Shown: piece by piece, positions 48,862 through 57,228 of the stretch
How positions within the stretch are numbered: position 1 is the first letter of the stretch
Layout: each line of letters opens with the position of its first letter
Assembly: GCF_019244115.1 (NCBI RefSeq)
Contig: NZ_JAFATE010000506.1
Span: 1-63,911 of the forward strand
Source of the DNA: Bradyrhizobium sp.
GTDB lineage: Bacteria > Pseudomonadota > Alphaproteobacteria > Rhizobiales > Xanthobacteraceae
DNA length: 63,911 bases
Direction of reading: 5' to 3'
Notes under the pieces: model-generated
Databases searched by the model: none
Told to the model about the DNA's origin: nothing
The model's input: only the letters and a program-made list of their open reading frames with translations
Translations under genes and position numbers: made by a program

Positions 48862-49294
48862 TGCCCAACCCCCACGCGGGCCCATCCAATTCGAGGCTAG
48901 ATGAATTTGGTTAACGCCATCGTACCGAAGGCCGCCGGCCTCGCTTTCGAGGCGCAAAAGCTGCGCGATTACTTGGGTTCGAGCCCCGATCGACTTGGGA
49001 GGCTCACGACCATCAGAAGCAGAGTGGGAGACGAATACTGGTATCATGTCGCGCCTGCGCCGTTCGATCGGCTCGTAAAATGACGGGCTCGCATGCCGAT
49101 CAGAGATCGCCATCGACCCGAAAACATGATGCCACTTCGAGCTTGGTCGCTCATGACCCAAAAGAGACTTTGGGCGAGCGACGCCGGCTGTGCTCTCTCG
49201 CGCCGTCGGGCTTGGCCCATCGTTTCAATATTGGCAGACCGCACTGACCTCCTCTTCCGAAGGTATCGCCGACGTGATTTGTCGGTCGCGAGCA

Positions 49295-49567
49295 TTAGGG
49301 ACTAAACACGCTGTCGAGAAATCGCTCCTTTTCGCCAGGCGCGTAACCCTGGGAAGCGCCAAAATACGGTTCATTGTAACCATTGTACGGTGCAGACCGG
49401 TAGTACATCGGCGACCGACGTGGCGCGTAGGCAAAACCCGAAGCGGGATCCGAGGCGATCATGCCGTGATAGGGACGAACCGCGTGCCGGTGTGCGTGAT
49501 GCACCGTCGCCGCGTTCGCAGAGCCAAACAGGGTGACTAAAAGGCTCAAGGCCAAGATAGAACGCAT
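49295..49567 (-). CDS. small secreted hypothetical protein
   Basis: GGAG RBS, signal peptide MRSILALSLLVTLFGSANA, His-rich and Tyr-rich mature part. Confidence 0.7.
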   Translation of the reverse strand: MRSILALSLLVTLFGSANAATVHHAHRHAVRPYHGMIASDPASGFAYAPRRSPMYYRSAPYNGYNEPYFGASQGYAPGEKERFLDSVFSP

Positions 49568-49878
49568 CGCTTTTTCTCCCAAAGCCCCCGCTCCTGCTTA
49601 GGTAAGGCTCAGCCGCGCCGTCCCAACAAATAGCGGCTTCACGATTAGTCACATCGCTGGCATCATGGACGCGGCGTGTCGACTTCATCACGGCCCGGCC
49701 GACATGAAGCGCAGCGCCGCGGGACCGAATTTGACTTGAGGCCGACATTCCGGCCGTCTCCGCTCTTTCGGATTGGCAGCGCTTGGACGCTGGGGCGACC
49801 CAAAAGGTCTGCCATCGCGGAGAAGCTCCGACTGGGGCGGATCGACGGCAGGCTTGATACCGATTCCAGAGGGAAAAT

Positions 49879-50271
49879 TCAGCGTGCGGGAGCGACATCC
49901 TTCTCATGCTGTCCGGCGGCCTCGATCGGATGCTGCCACGGTTCGCGTCGGATGATCCAGCCTTCGTCGATCGGAGTGATGCCACTCGGCACGCGGTCAA
50001 GCGTACCGATGTATATCTCGATTTGACGCTCGCTAAGACTGAAGAGGCGGGATCCACAGATCGGGCAGAAGCTTCGTCCCCGATAAGTCGTTACTGCGCC
50101 GGTGTATTCAAATTGCTCCGGTCGCCAATCCGCGTAGGCCAGAAAGGCCGAACCGGTCACCTGGCGGCAATCGGTGCAGTGGCATAGGCCGCTCTTGTAC
50201 GGATCGCCTCTCAAGGTGTAACGGATGCTGCCGCATAGGCACCCACCTGTCCTGATGATTTCGGCAGCCAT
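49879..50271 (-). CDS. GFA / CENP-V family zinc protein
   Basis: GGCLCG, CHCTDCR, RSFCPICGS. Confidence 0.92.
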   Translation of the reverse strand: MAAEIIRTGGCLCGSIRYTLRGDPYKSGLCHCTDCRQVTGSAFLAYADWRPEQFEYTGAVTTYRGRSFCPICGSRLFSLSERQIEIYIGTLDRVPSGITPIDEGWIIRREPWQHPIEAAGQHEKDVAPAR

Positions 50272-50479
50272 GAACGCTCCTCTCACACCAGATCCTCGGA
50301 GGACCGGTCATTAACGTGCCGCGGTCTGTTTGGTTGCCGATGCCACCCGATCGATCGGCCCTGGGCACGATCTTGCAGGCGGACTTTCGGTGAGGTTTAC
50401 AGAGAGGCCGCACGTCACTACGGTGATGAATGCTAAGGATATCCTACGCGCTCAGCCGCTGAATTCCGGGTCGAACACA

Positions 50480-51514
50480 ATGTCGATGGACACGCCAAGC
50501 CAAACGCTCAAACCCGTGCGCTGGGGTGTTCTCGGGGCTGGCAACTTTCCCTTGAAAGTCAGCCTGCCCGGCATGAAGCGCGGCCCGCTGACGGAGATCG
50601 TTGCGCTCGCCTCGCGCGAGACAGCCAAAGCGCAGGCCGCGGCGCAAGCGCTCGGGATTCCCCGGGCCTATGGCAGCTATGAGGAACTGCTGGCCGATCC
50701 CGAGATCGAGGTGATCTACAACCCTCTGCCCAACCACATGCATGTGGACTGGAGCACGCGCGCCGCGCGGGCCGGCAAGCATGTGCTGTGCGAAAAACCG
50801 ATCGCGCTCGATGCCGCCGATGCCGAAACGTTGATCGCGGTGCAGCGCGAGACCGGCAAGCTGATCTGCGAAGCCTTCATGATCCGCTATCACCCGCAAT
50901 GGCGCCAGGCGAGGGAATGGGTGCAGAGCGGGCGCATCGGCGAACTATTGAGCGTGCAGACGGCGTTTTCCTATTTCAACCGCGATGCCACCAACATCCG
51001 CAACCGCAAGGAGGTCGGCGGCGGCGCGCTCTATGACATCGGCTGCTATGCCGTGAACACCTCGCGCTTTCTGTTCGGCCGCGAGCCGCTTCGCGCGGTC
51101 GCGCTGATCGAGCGCGATCCCGATTTCGGCACCGATCGCCTGACCTCGGGCCTGCTCGATTTCGGCGGCGCGCATTTGACCTTCACCTGTTCGACCCAGC
51201 TCGTGCCCTATCAGCGCGTCAACGCGCTCGGCACCAAGGGACGCATCGAGATCGAAATCCCGTTCAACGCGCCCGCCGACCGGCCATGCCGCGTCTTTCT
51301 CGACGACGGCTCGGTGCTGGGCGGCGGCTCGGCTGAGCTGACAACGTTCCCGATCGTCGATCAGTACAACCTGCAGAGCGAGGCGTTTTCGAGAGCTGTC
51401 CGAACCGGCTCGGATGTCGAAAACGGACCGGAGGTCGCGGCCGCCAACATGCGCGTCATCGACGCGCTGTTTCGCTCGGCCGCAAGCGGCGGCTGGGAGA
51501 AGATCGCGCGCTGA
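50480..51514 (+). CDS. Gfo/Idh/MocA family oxidoreductase
   Basis: RWGVLGAG, YNPLPNHMH, GKHVLCEKP, GGGALYDIGCY. Confidence 0.93.
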   Translation: MSMDTPSQTLKPVRWGVLGAGNFPLKVSLPGMKRGPLTEIVALASRETAKAQAAAQALGIPRAYGSYEELLADPEIEVIYNPLPNHMHVDWSTRAARAGKHVLCEKPIALDAADAETLIAVQRETGKLICEAFMIRYHPQWRQAREWVQSGRIGELLSVQTAFSYFNRDATNIRNRKEVGGGALYDIGCYAVNTSRFLFGREPLRAVALIERDPDFGTDRLTSGLLDFGGAHLTFTCSTQLVPYQRVNALGTKGRIEIEIPFNAPADRPCRVFLDDGSVLGGGSAELTTFPIVDQYNLQSEAFSRAVRTGSDVENGPEVAAANMRVIDALFRSAASGGWEKIAR

Positions 51515-51681
51515 GGCGCGCTCTCGACGGTGCCTCAGTGGATCGACCCTTAGTCGATTCCGGCGGAGGACGAAATAACGCGGCGGGCCGATTCCGACGT
51601 CAAGTCGTTCTGGCACAGGCCGCTTGCCGGTCCGCATCGCGCTCTGCAATGACAGTCTCAGGACACGCACGGACGGCGAGC

Positions 51682-52167
51682 ATGGTTCTTCCTCAAAGCC
51701 TGAGCTCTTATCAGTATCGCCCGCGCACCTTTTCATTTCAGGGCGCTCGGACGAGCGGCAGGTGGCGTGTGAAGATCAATGTCATAACGGTGCGGGACAC
51801 GGCATCGCAATTCACCGATATTGTCGAAGCCGCGTGGGAGACAGTTGTTTCTATTCTTCGCGGAGTACCCGAAACGGACATCGATACGAATGTCGCTTTC
51901 CTCACCCTGCATGTAGGTACGGCGGGGGTATGGCTTCTGATTGACCGATGGGAAGACGGCGACATGCTGCGCCATCATCACTTTCGTGCTGCGTTGGATG
52001 ATCCGATCCACTTCGCCGATGTCAGCTCCGACCACTATGGCCCCTGCGTCTGGGAGCTGGCGGTCCAGGCGTACGAGCGACAGGCTTGGCTTACCCACGT
52101 TTTGGCCAATCCGGCAGGACCCGACATCGAGGCATACCTCACGGCCGGGCTGAGTGGCTCCATCTGA
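51682..52167 (+). CDS. hypothetical protein
   Basis: Protein-like ORF (AFLTLHVG..WLLIDRW..PCVWELAV..ERQAW). Confidence 0.7.
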   Translation: MVLPQSLSSYQYRPRTFSFQGARTSGRWRVKINVITVRDTASQFTDIVEAAWETVVSILRGVPETDIDTNVAFLTLHVGTAGVWLLIDRWEDGDMLRHHHFRAALDDPIHFADVSSDHYGPCVWELAVQAYERQAWLTHVLANPAGPDIEAYLTAGLSGSI

Positions 52168-52500
52168 ATCTGATGGAGCGAGGAAGCGTGCGATATGTCC
52201 ACCGCGAGAATTGATGGCTGCCTTTGCCCATCGTGGGCGATCCTTTCGCGCCGACGACATGACGCCGCTGGGTCACCGGCTGCCTTCCTGACTGCGCCAG
52301 CATCGCTGTTTACCGCCCTCATACCCCCGCTTGTTGCGATCCTGGCCGCTGTCTCCTCGACAACGAGAGCATGCCAAGTCGCGGAGATTGAGAGAACGGA
52401 GAACCGGGCGCTGAGAAACCAAAGTCTGCGTCGGGACTGAGGCACCGCGTCCGGGCCGTGAACCAGGTCCACGCACCGCGTGCGTTGCGCGGGCAAGTTG

Positions 52501-53154
52501 CTAGACGCTCTCGTGAGCATGCGGCCTCAGCGAGCTCGCTAGCACGCCGAATCTGGACCTCGCCATCTGCAGCATCGCATCGTGCCGCCACAGAAAACCG
52601 GGAACGATCGCACAGAGCGTGGTCCTGATCTGCTCTTCATCCGAATCGCCTGCGAACCAGTCCATCTCGTCTTCCGACCAGATCCGCGAGTGCTGCGCAA
52701 CCGAGGCGATCCAGCCGGCGCTTGCAACATACTCGCCCCAGACATGCGCAACGAGCCCGAGCGCCGCTCCTTCCTGGTGCGCCCGCTCGGAAATCGCACC
52801 GAGCACGCAGGCCCTGAAAAAGTGATGCAGCCGCCTGAAATGGATGTCATGGGGGCTTTGCGCTTCTGGCCTGCTCGCCGGAAAGTCGTCGAACTGCAAC
52901 GCCAGCATGCGCCCCTGCGCGGCATAGGTCTTGGGCAGGCCGCTTGCATAGGACTTCTCGACCGACCGATTGATCTTGAGCTCCGCGCGTATGTTGGCGA
53001 AGGCGACCAGAAGCATGGCGCGCTCGACGGATGCCTCGTTCTTCAGCCTGGCGAGCAGCATCTCTGCGAGCTCCGGCAACGACATATCGAACGCCCGCGC
53101 GAAGCGCTCGCCTCGGGTCGGCTCCCTGCTCTTTCCCGCAAGCCACCGAAACAT
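52501..53154 (-). CDS. hypothetical protein
   Basis: GAGG upstream of (V)MFRWL; helical protein-like composition. Confidence 0.65.
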   Translation of the reverse strand: MFRWLAGKSREPTRGERFARAFDMSLPELAEMLLARLKNEASVERAMLLVAFANIRAELKINRSVEKSYASGLPKTYAAQGRMLALQFDDFPASRPEAQSPHDIHFRRLHHFFRACVLGAISERAHQEGAALGLVAHVWGEYVASAGWIASVAQHSRIWSEDEMDWFAGDSDEEQIRTTLCAIVPGFLWRHDAMLQMARSRFGVLASSLRPHAHESV

Positions 53155-53418
53155 CACGGCGGTCCTCAAGGCAGTTGTCGCTGCTGGCACCGCTGATTGT
53201 CGACGTCCGTGCGAGCTGCCCGCGTCCCGGCTCTGGCGTTCGTATCACCTTGCGGCGAACTCGTTCACGAACGTCGGAGCGCTCCCCCGGGGGCACGCCC
53301 AAATTCAAGTTCCGGTGTGATCTCTGTCCGACATTCGCCGACCGGACCTAAGGTTCATTTGCTGAAGCGAATGTCGGGCACGCCACACCGGTAGCGTCCA
53401 GGCAACGGACTTCGACTC

Positions 53419-53523
53419 AAAAAAAGCGGCACCACATATCATCGGCCGTTGCGAGGTGTCCCGGAATTCCGAAATGGGCCTCGCTCCGGCCGGCCCCATG
53501 CTCCCATAACCGATGGCCGCTTT
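53419..53523 (-). ncRNA. candidate structured RNA or complex terminator
   Basis: AAAGCGGC/GCCGCTTT and CATCGG/CCGATG close a long stem with two inner hairpins, ending in a 7-T run on the minus strand. Confidence 0.35.
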
Positions 53524-53690
53524 GCAAGTACCCGCGTGATGGCGCAGCGCATCGGACCGCCACTGTCGTCTTCGGCCGAAGCGCCAAGCTCATGATATTC
53601 AGCATGCAATATGCGATATCCGATGTCCGTCGAGCGGCGCCGATGCAGCCGCGGGCCCGGTCCGAGATCGCAACCTGCCTCACCGACCGG

Positions 53691-53906
53691 TCAGCCCAGA
53701 AGCAGGTCCGCGAACGGATCCTGATGGAGCGGCCTTTGCGGTGCAGCCGTCGTTCGCCTGGGGACGCTATCGGCGCGATCGGTCCGGCCGCCAGGCTGGC
53801 CGAACTGCCGCGTCTTGGAAAGATACGCAGGGCTGGCTGCGAATGAAACCGTGCACGCGGCCAGCACGGCCATGAGTATCGCGCGTCTTGATATGATGTT
53901 GGTCAC
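53691..53906 (-). CDS. small hypothetical protein
   Basis: GAGGAG RBS before GTG; signal-like N-terminus; ends QDPFADLLLG. Confidence 0.55.
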   Translation of the reverse strand: MTNIISRRAILMAVLAACTVSFAASPAYLSKTRQFGQPGGRTDRADSVPRRTTAAPQRPLHQDPFADLLLG

Positions 53907-54114
53907 TGCATTCTCCTCGATCGCAACGTCGATGCCGCGGCAGGAGCGTCGACGGCTCGGCGGTTGCACATCAAGGACGGCTCCGCACGCCAAAATATTT
54001 CACGCTCACACGACACGATTCCGTGCGCCCCGCGCGAGCCGATCGATCGCGATGATTGATTCACGCGCGGTTGAACGCGTGTGAGCGAATAGTGCGTTCG
54101 TTCGGCCAGTCAAT

Positions 54115-54146
54115 ATGAATATCTGGCTCAATGAATATCTGGCTCA
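54115..54146. repeat. perfect 16-bp tandem duplication
   Basis: ATGAATATCTGGCTCA at 54115-54130 and 54131-54146. Confidence 0.9.
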
Positions 54147-54191
54147 CACGGCCAGACCGCTTTGGCTCGTATTGCAAAATGGAGAAACCCG

Positions 54192-54434
54192 ATGACCAGC
54201 CTCAGACTCATGTCGACTGGATTGATGGCGGTGGCGATGCTCGCGACGCCGGCTATGGCGCGAATCCACCATCACGCGAACCAGCCCCGCCTGCATGTCA
54301 GCGCGTCCGGGTCCGCGGCGCCCATCGATCTGGGGGGCGGCCGCCTGTGCTATCCGGCGCCGCGGATCGGCGCGTTCGCCACGGCGCCGTGGACCGGCGA
54401 CAACATTCCCTGCGAGCCGAGTCCAGGCATGTAG
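54192..54434 (+). CDS. small secreted hypothetical protein
   Basis: GGAGA RBS, signal peptide ending AMA, C-terminal C..APRIGAFATAPW..PC. Confidence 0.7.
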   Translation: MTSLRLMSTGLMAVAMLATPAMARIHHHANQPRLHVSASGSAAPIDLGGGRLCYPAPRIGAFATAPWTGDNIPCEPSPGM

Positions 54435-54523
54435 ACCGCCGCCGCCGTCGGACGCCGACGTTCCAAGCAAAGCCATGGCCGGGCCACGGGCCCGGCCATG
54501 ATGCGATCGTCGCGATACGAAAG

Positions 54524-54973
54524 TCAGACCCAAGAGCGCTTTTCCATGAAGACGCTGAGCGGGTCCGGTGCGTAGTTTCCGAACGGCGCGATCGCCACGA
54601 AGCCGGCGCTCCGGTACAGCGCGATGGCTTCCTTCTGCTTGACGCCGGTTTCGAGCCGGACCACGCGTTTCTCCTCGCCTGCGATCGCTTCGAGCGCGCG
54701 CAGGATGCGGCGGCCCAGCCCCCTGCCCCGATGCGCCGCCGCGACGAACATCCGCTTCAGCTCACATTCGCCCGGCCGGCTGCGGACCAGCGCGCCACAG
54801 CCGACGGCTTCGCCCGCGCAGAGAGCGCCGAGAAAGGTGACGTCGGGCGAGGCGAGCGTCGCGATGTCCGTGAGATGATTGTTCTCGGCGGGATATAATG
54901 ATGCGAGATAGCAGTCGCTCGCCGCGATCAGTTGACGGACGTCGTCGCGATCGGGAGCGATGATCGCCAGCAT
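54524..54973 (-). CDS. GNAT family N-acetyltransferase (start uncertain)
   Basis: AVGCGAL, ELKRMFV, RGRGLGR, RLETG..Q.EAIALY..AGF. Confidence 0.9.
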   Translation of the reverse strand: MLAIIAPDRDDVRQLIAASDCYLASLYPAENNHLTDIATLASPDVTFLGALCAGEAVGCGALVRSRPGECELKRMFVAAAHRGRGLGRRILRALEAIAGEEKRVVRLETGVKQKEAIALYRSAGFVAIAPFGNYAPDPLSVFMEKRSWV

Positions 54974-55148
54974 ATAGGGGTCCGGCTCCGTCGTCGGCAA
55001 GACATCTCCCCAAATTACCATCGCCGAAATTTTCGAGGCCCGCCAAACGGTCGCCGGCGCGCCGGGGCACGGCACAAGATGGTTGCAAGCGACGCCAAAT
55101 ATCTGTTTGAGTCAAGCTGAAGCTCGAGAGCGGATCGCAGGAGAGGCA

Positions 55149-55655
55149 ATGGCGGAGCGGTTTTCCGGAAGCGTGTTACGCAGCGATGCGGGCGACGACC
55201 AGCTGCTTCCGAGCCTCGGCGAGATCGGGCTCAACAATTTCGCCCCCTATCTGATGAACCGCATCATGGCGCGGTGGAACACCAACATTGCCGAGGAGCT
55301 GAGGGCGCTCGACATCACTACAGCCCAGATGCGGGCGCTCGCCGTGCTCAGCGTCTCCTCACAGGTCACGATCAACGAGCTCAGCGTGTTTGCGGTCACC
55401 GAGCAGTCCACCATGAGCCGGACGCTCGATTCGCTCGAAGAGCTGGGCTTTGTCCGCCGCCAGCCGCGCCTCGACGACATGCGGGTGCGCGAGGTCTCGA
55501 TCACGGCGAAGGGCCGCACGGCATTCGACAAGGTCTGGCCGGTGCTTTATCGCGGGCTATTGCAGATGTTCGACGGCGTCGAGGAGGACGAGTACCGGAA
55601 TTTTCTCGGCACGCTGCACAAGATCCTGCGCAACATCCGCAAGCACGACATCTGA
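55149..55655 (+). CDS. MarR family transcriptional regulator
   Basis: NFAPYLMNRI, EQSTMSRTLDSLEELGFVRR, DMRVREVSITAKG winged helix. Confidence 0.93.
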   Translation: MAERFSGSVLRSDAGDDQLLPSLGEIGLNNFAPYLMNRIMARWNTNIAEELRALDITTAQMRALAVLSVSSQVTINELSVFAVTEQSTMSRTLDSLEELGFVRRQPRLDDMRVREVSITAKGRTAFDKVWPVLYRGLLQMFDGVEEDEYRNFLGTLHKILRNIRKHDI

Positions 55656-55669
55656 TCCCCGAAAAAAGC

Positions 55670-57217
55670 CTACAGCGTGGCGACCGTCTTCAACGCGCCG
55701 TCGAGTGCGAGCCCCTCTTCGTCCATCAGCGCGGCCTGGCACAGCCGCCTGAGCCAGTCCGCGCCGTCCTGCCGTCCCGCGAGCAGCGGCAGCGCCGCCA
55801 TGACCCGGTCGAATTTCGACTGGCCACGCGCGTGCGTGTCCGAATAGCCCTTGACCAGGCGGCGGCACTTCAACGCCTCTACCGCGAGATCGTAGTTCGA
55901 CGACAAAAGGCCGGTGGCGGCGCCGAGCCAGGCCTCGCGATGCAGCCGCTCGCGATAATGCCGCAGCGTGCCGCGGCGCATTCCGCGCAAACCCGAGACG
56001 AGATAGAGGCTGGCGAACCAGACAACCGTGCCGGTGCGCATGCGGCGGCCGCGGTTGACCAGCCGGTCGAGCGCCGCGAACAGTCTTGGGCGATCCTCGA
56101 TCCATTGCCCGAGCCGCTTCGGCAGCGTGCCGCAGACCTCGTCCATGCGCGGGTGCAGGTATTCGGTGGTGTAGACGATCTGATCAGCCTTGGCGCCGAC
56201 CTCGGCGCGCACCCGCGCAAAGCGCGCGCCGCGCACCTTGAGATCGGCGACGCGGATCACGTCGTCATAGGCCATGGCGACGGCGACATATTTGGCCGCT
56301 GCGACCGTGAAGGCAAAGCCGTCCGCGGCGCCGCCATGCTCGCGATCGCGAACGACGAGCGCACCGAGCCGGTCGAGATACTCGTTCGCATAGGCTACGT
56401 CCTGGAAGTCGACCAGGCGCTTCACGCCGGCGAACAACAGGCCGTGCGCGACATCGGGGAATTCGGCACGGATGCGGCCGACCAGTCTGTCGAGCGATGG
56501 ATGGCCGGCGAAGTCCGGCAGCGGATCAAGCCGCTTGCGCGGGACGGCGGCGACGTCATCCCGCGGTTTGTCGCGCGCACGGGCGTAGGCGGCATCAAAG
56601 GCCCTGAGGCTCGCTTCCGCGCCACGGCCAGCGGCCCTGATCGTCGCCTCGAACGCGCTCCTGTCGAATGGCAGCACCGCGGCCGCCGCCAGCGCGCCGA
56701 ACAGCGCCGCTGATATCACGCTGCCGTTCTCGAGCGCCAGCGCCTCCATGTCGAAGGCGATGGTCCGCTTCGCCGCAAAATCGGCCGCATCGACCACGGC
56801 GCGCGGATCGCCGGTGCCGTCGCCCGGCACCTCCTTCTCGCTGACGGCAAAGGAGCGATGCGTGGACGCGATCACCACCGTCTTGTCCGGCGTGACCAGG
56901 CCGCGCAGGATCGATCGCCCCGCCTCCATCATCTCGGCGGCGATGACGACGTCGACATCGCCGGGGGTCGGCATCAACGACAGGATCGGCGCGACACCGT
57001 CCCGCGGCGGCAGCATCTCGATATAATAGATCGTCGCTCCGGTGCGCTGCGCGACGCCGGGCACCGAGGTCGACTGCGCCGCAAAGCCCTGCGCCTCGGC
57101 GAGCGCCACGATCCAGTCGGTGAGCACACCGCCGCCCTGTCCGCCCATCGCGAGAATGGCGATGCTCAGCGGTTTTGTGCTCGCAAGCCTCGCTTCGCTG
57201 GTCGCATGCTGGTCGAC
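55670..57217 (-). CDS. iorB: indolepyruvate oxidoreductase subunit beta family protein (long form)
   Basis: AMGGQGGGVL, QSTSVPGVAQRTGATIYY, MAYDDVIRVA, RLVKGYSDT; start codon unclear. Confidence 0.88.
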   Translation of the reverse strand, partial: VDQHATSEARLASTKPLSIAILAMGGQGGGVLTDWIVALAEAQGFAAQSTSVPGVAQRTGATIYYIEMLPPRDGVAPILSLMPTPGDVDVVIAAEMMEAGRSILRGLVTPDKTVVIASTHRSFAVSEKEVPGDGTGDPRAVVDAADFAAKRTIAFDMEALALENGSVISAALFGALAAAAVLPFDRSAFEATIRAAGRGAEASLRAFDAAYARARDKPRDDVAAVPRKRLDPLPDFAGHPSLDRLVGRIRAEFPDVAHGLLFAGVKRLVDFQDVAYANEYLDRLGALVVRDREHGGAADGFAFTVAAAKYVAVAMAYDDVIRVADLKVRGARFARVRAEVGAKADQIVYTTEYLHPRMDEVCGTLPKRLGQWIEDRPRLFAALDRLVNRGRRMRTGTVVWFASLYLVSGLRGMRRGTLRHYRERLHREAWLGAATGLLSSNYDLAVEALKCRRLVKGYSDTHARGQSKFDRVMAALPLLAGRQDGADWLRRLCQAALMDEEGLALDGALKTVATL

Positions 57218-57228
57218 GGCCGCCCCCT

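Noticed and set aside
55274-56713. 479-aa plus-strand ORF
   Set aside because: Overlaps marR out of frame and iorB antisense; Arg/Ala-rich without motifs
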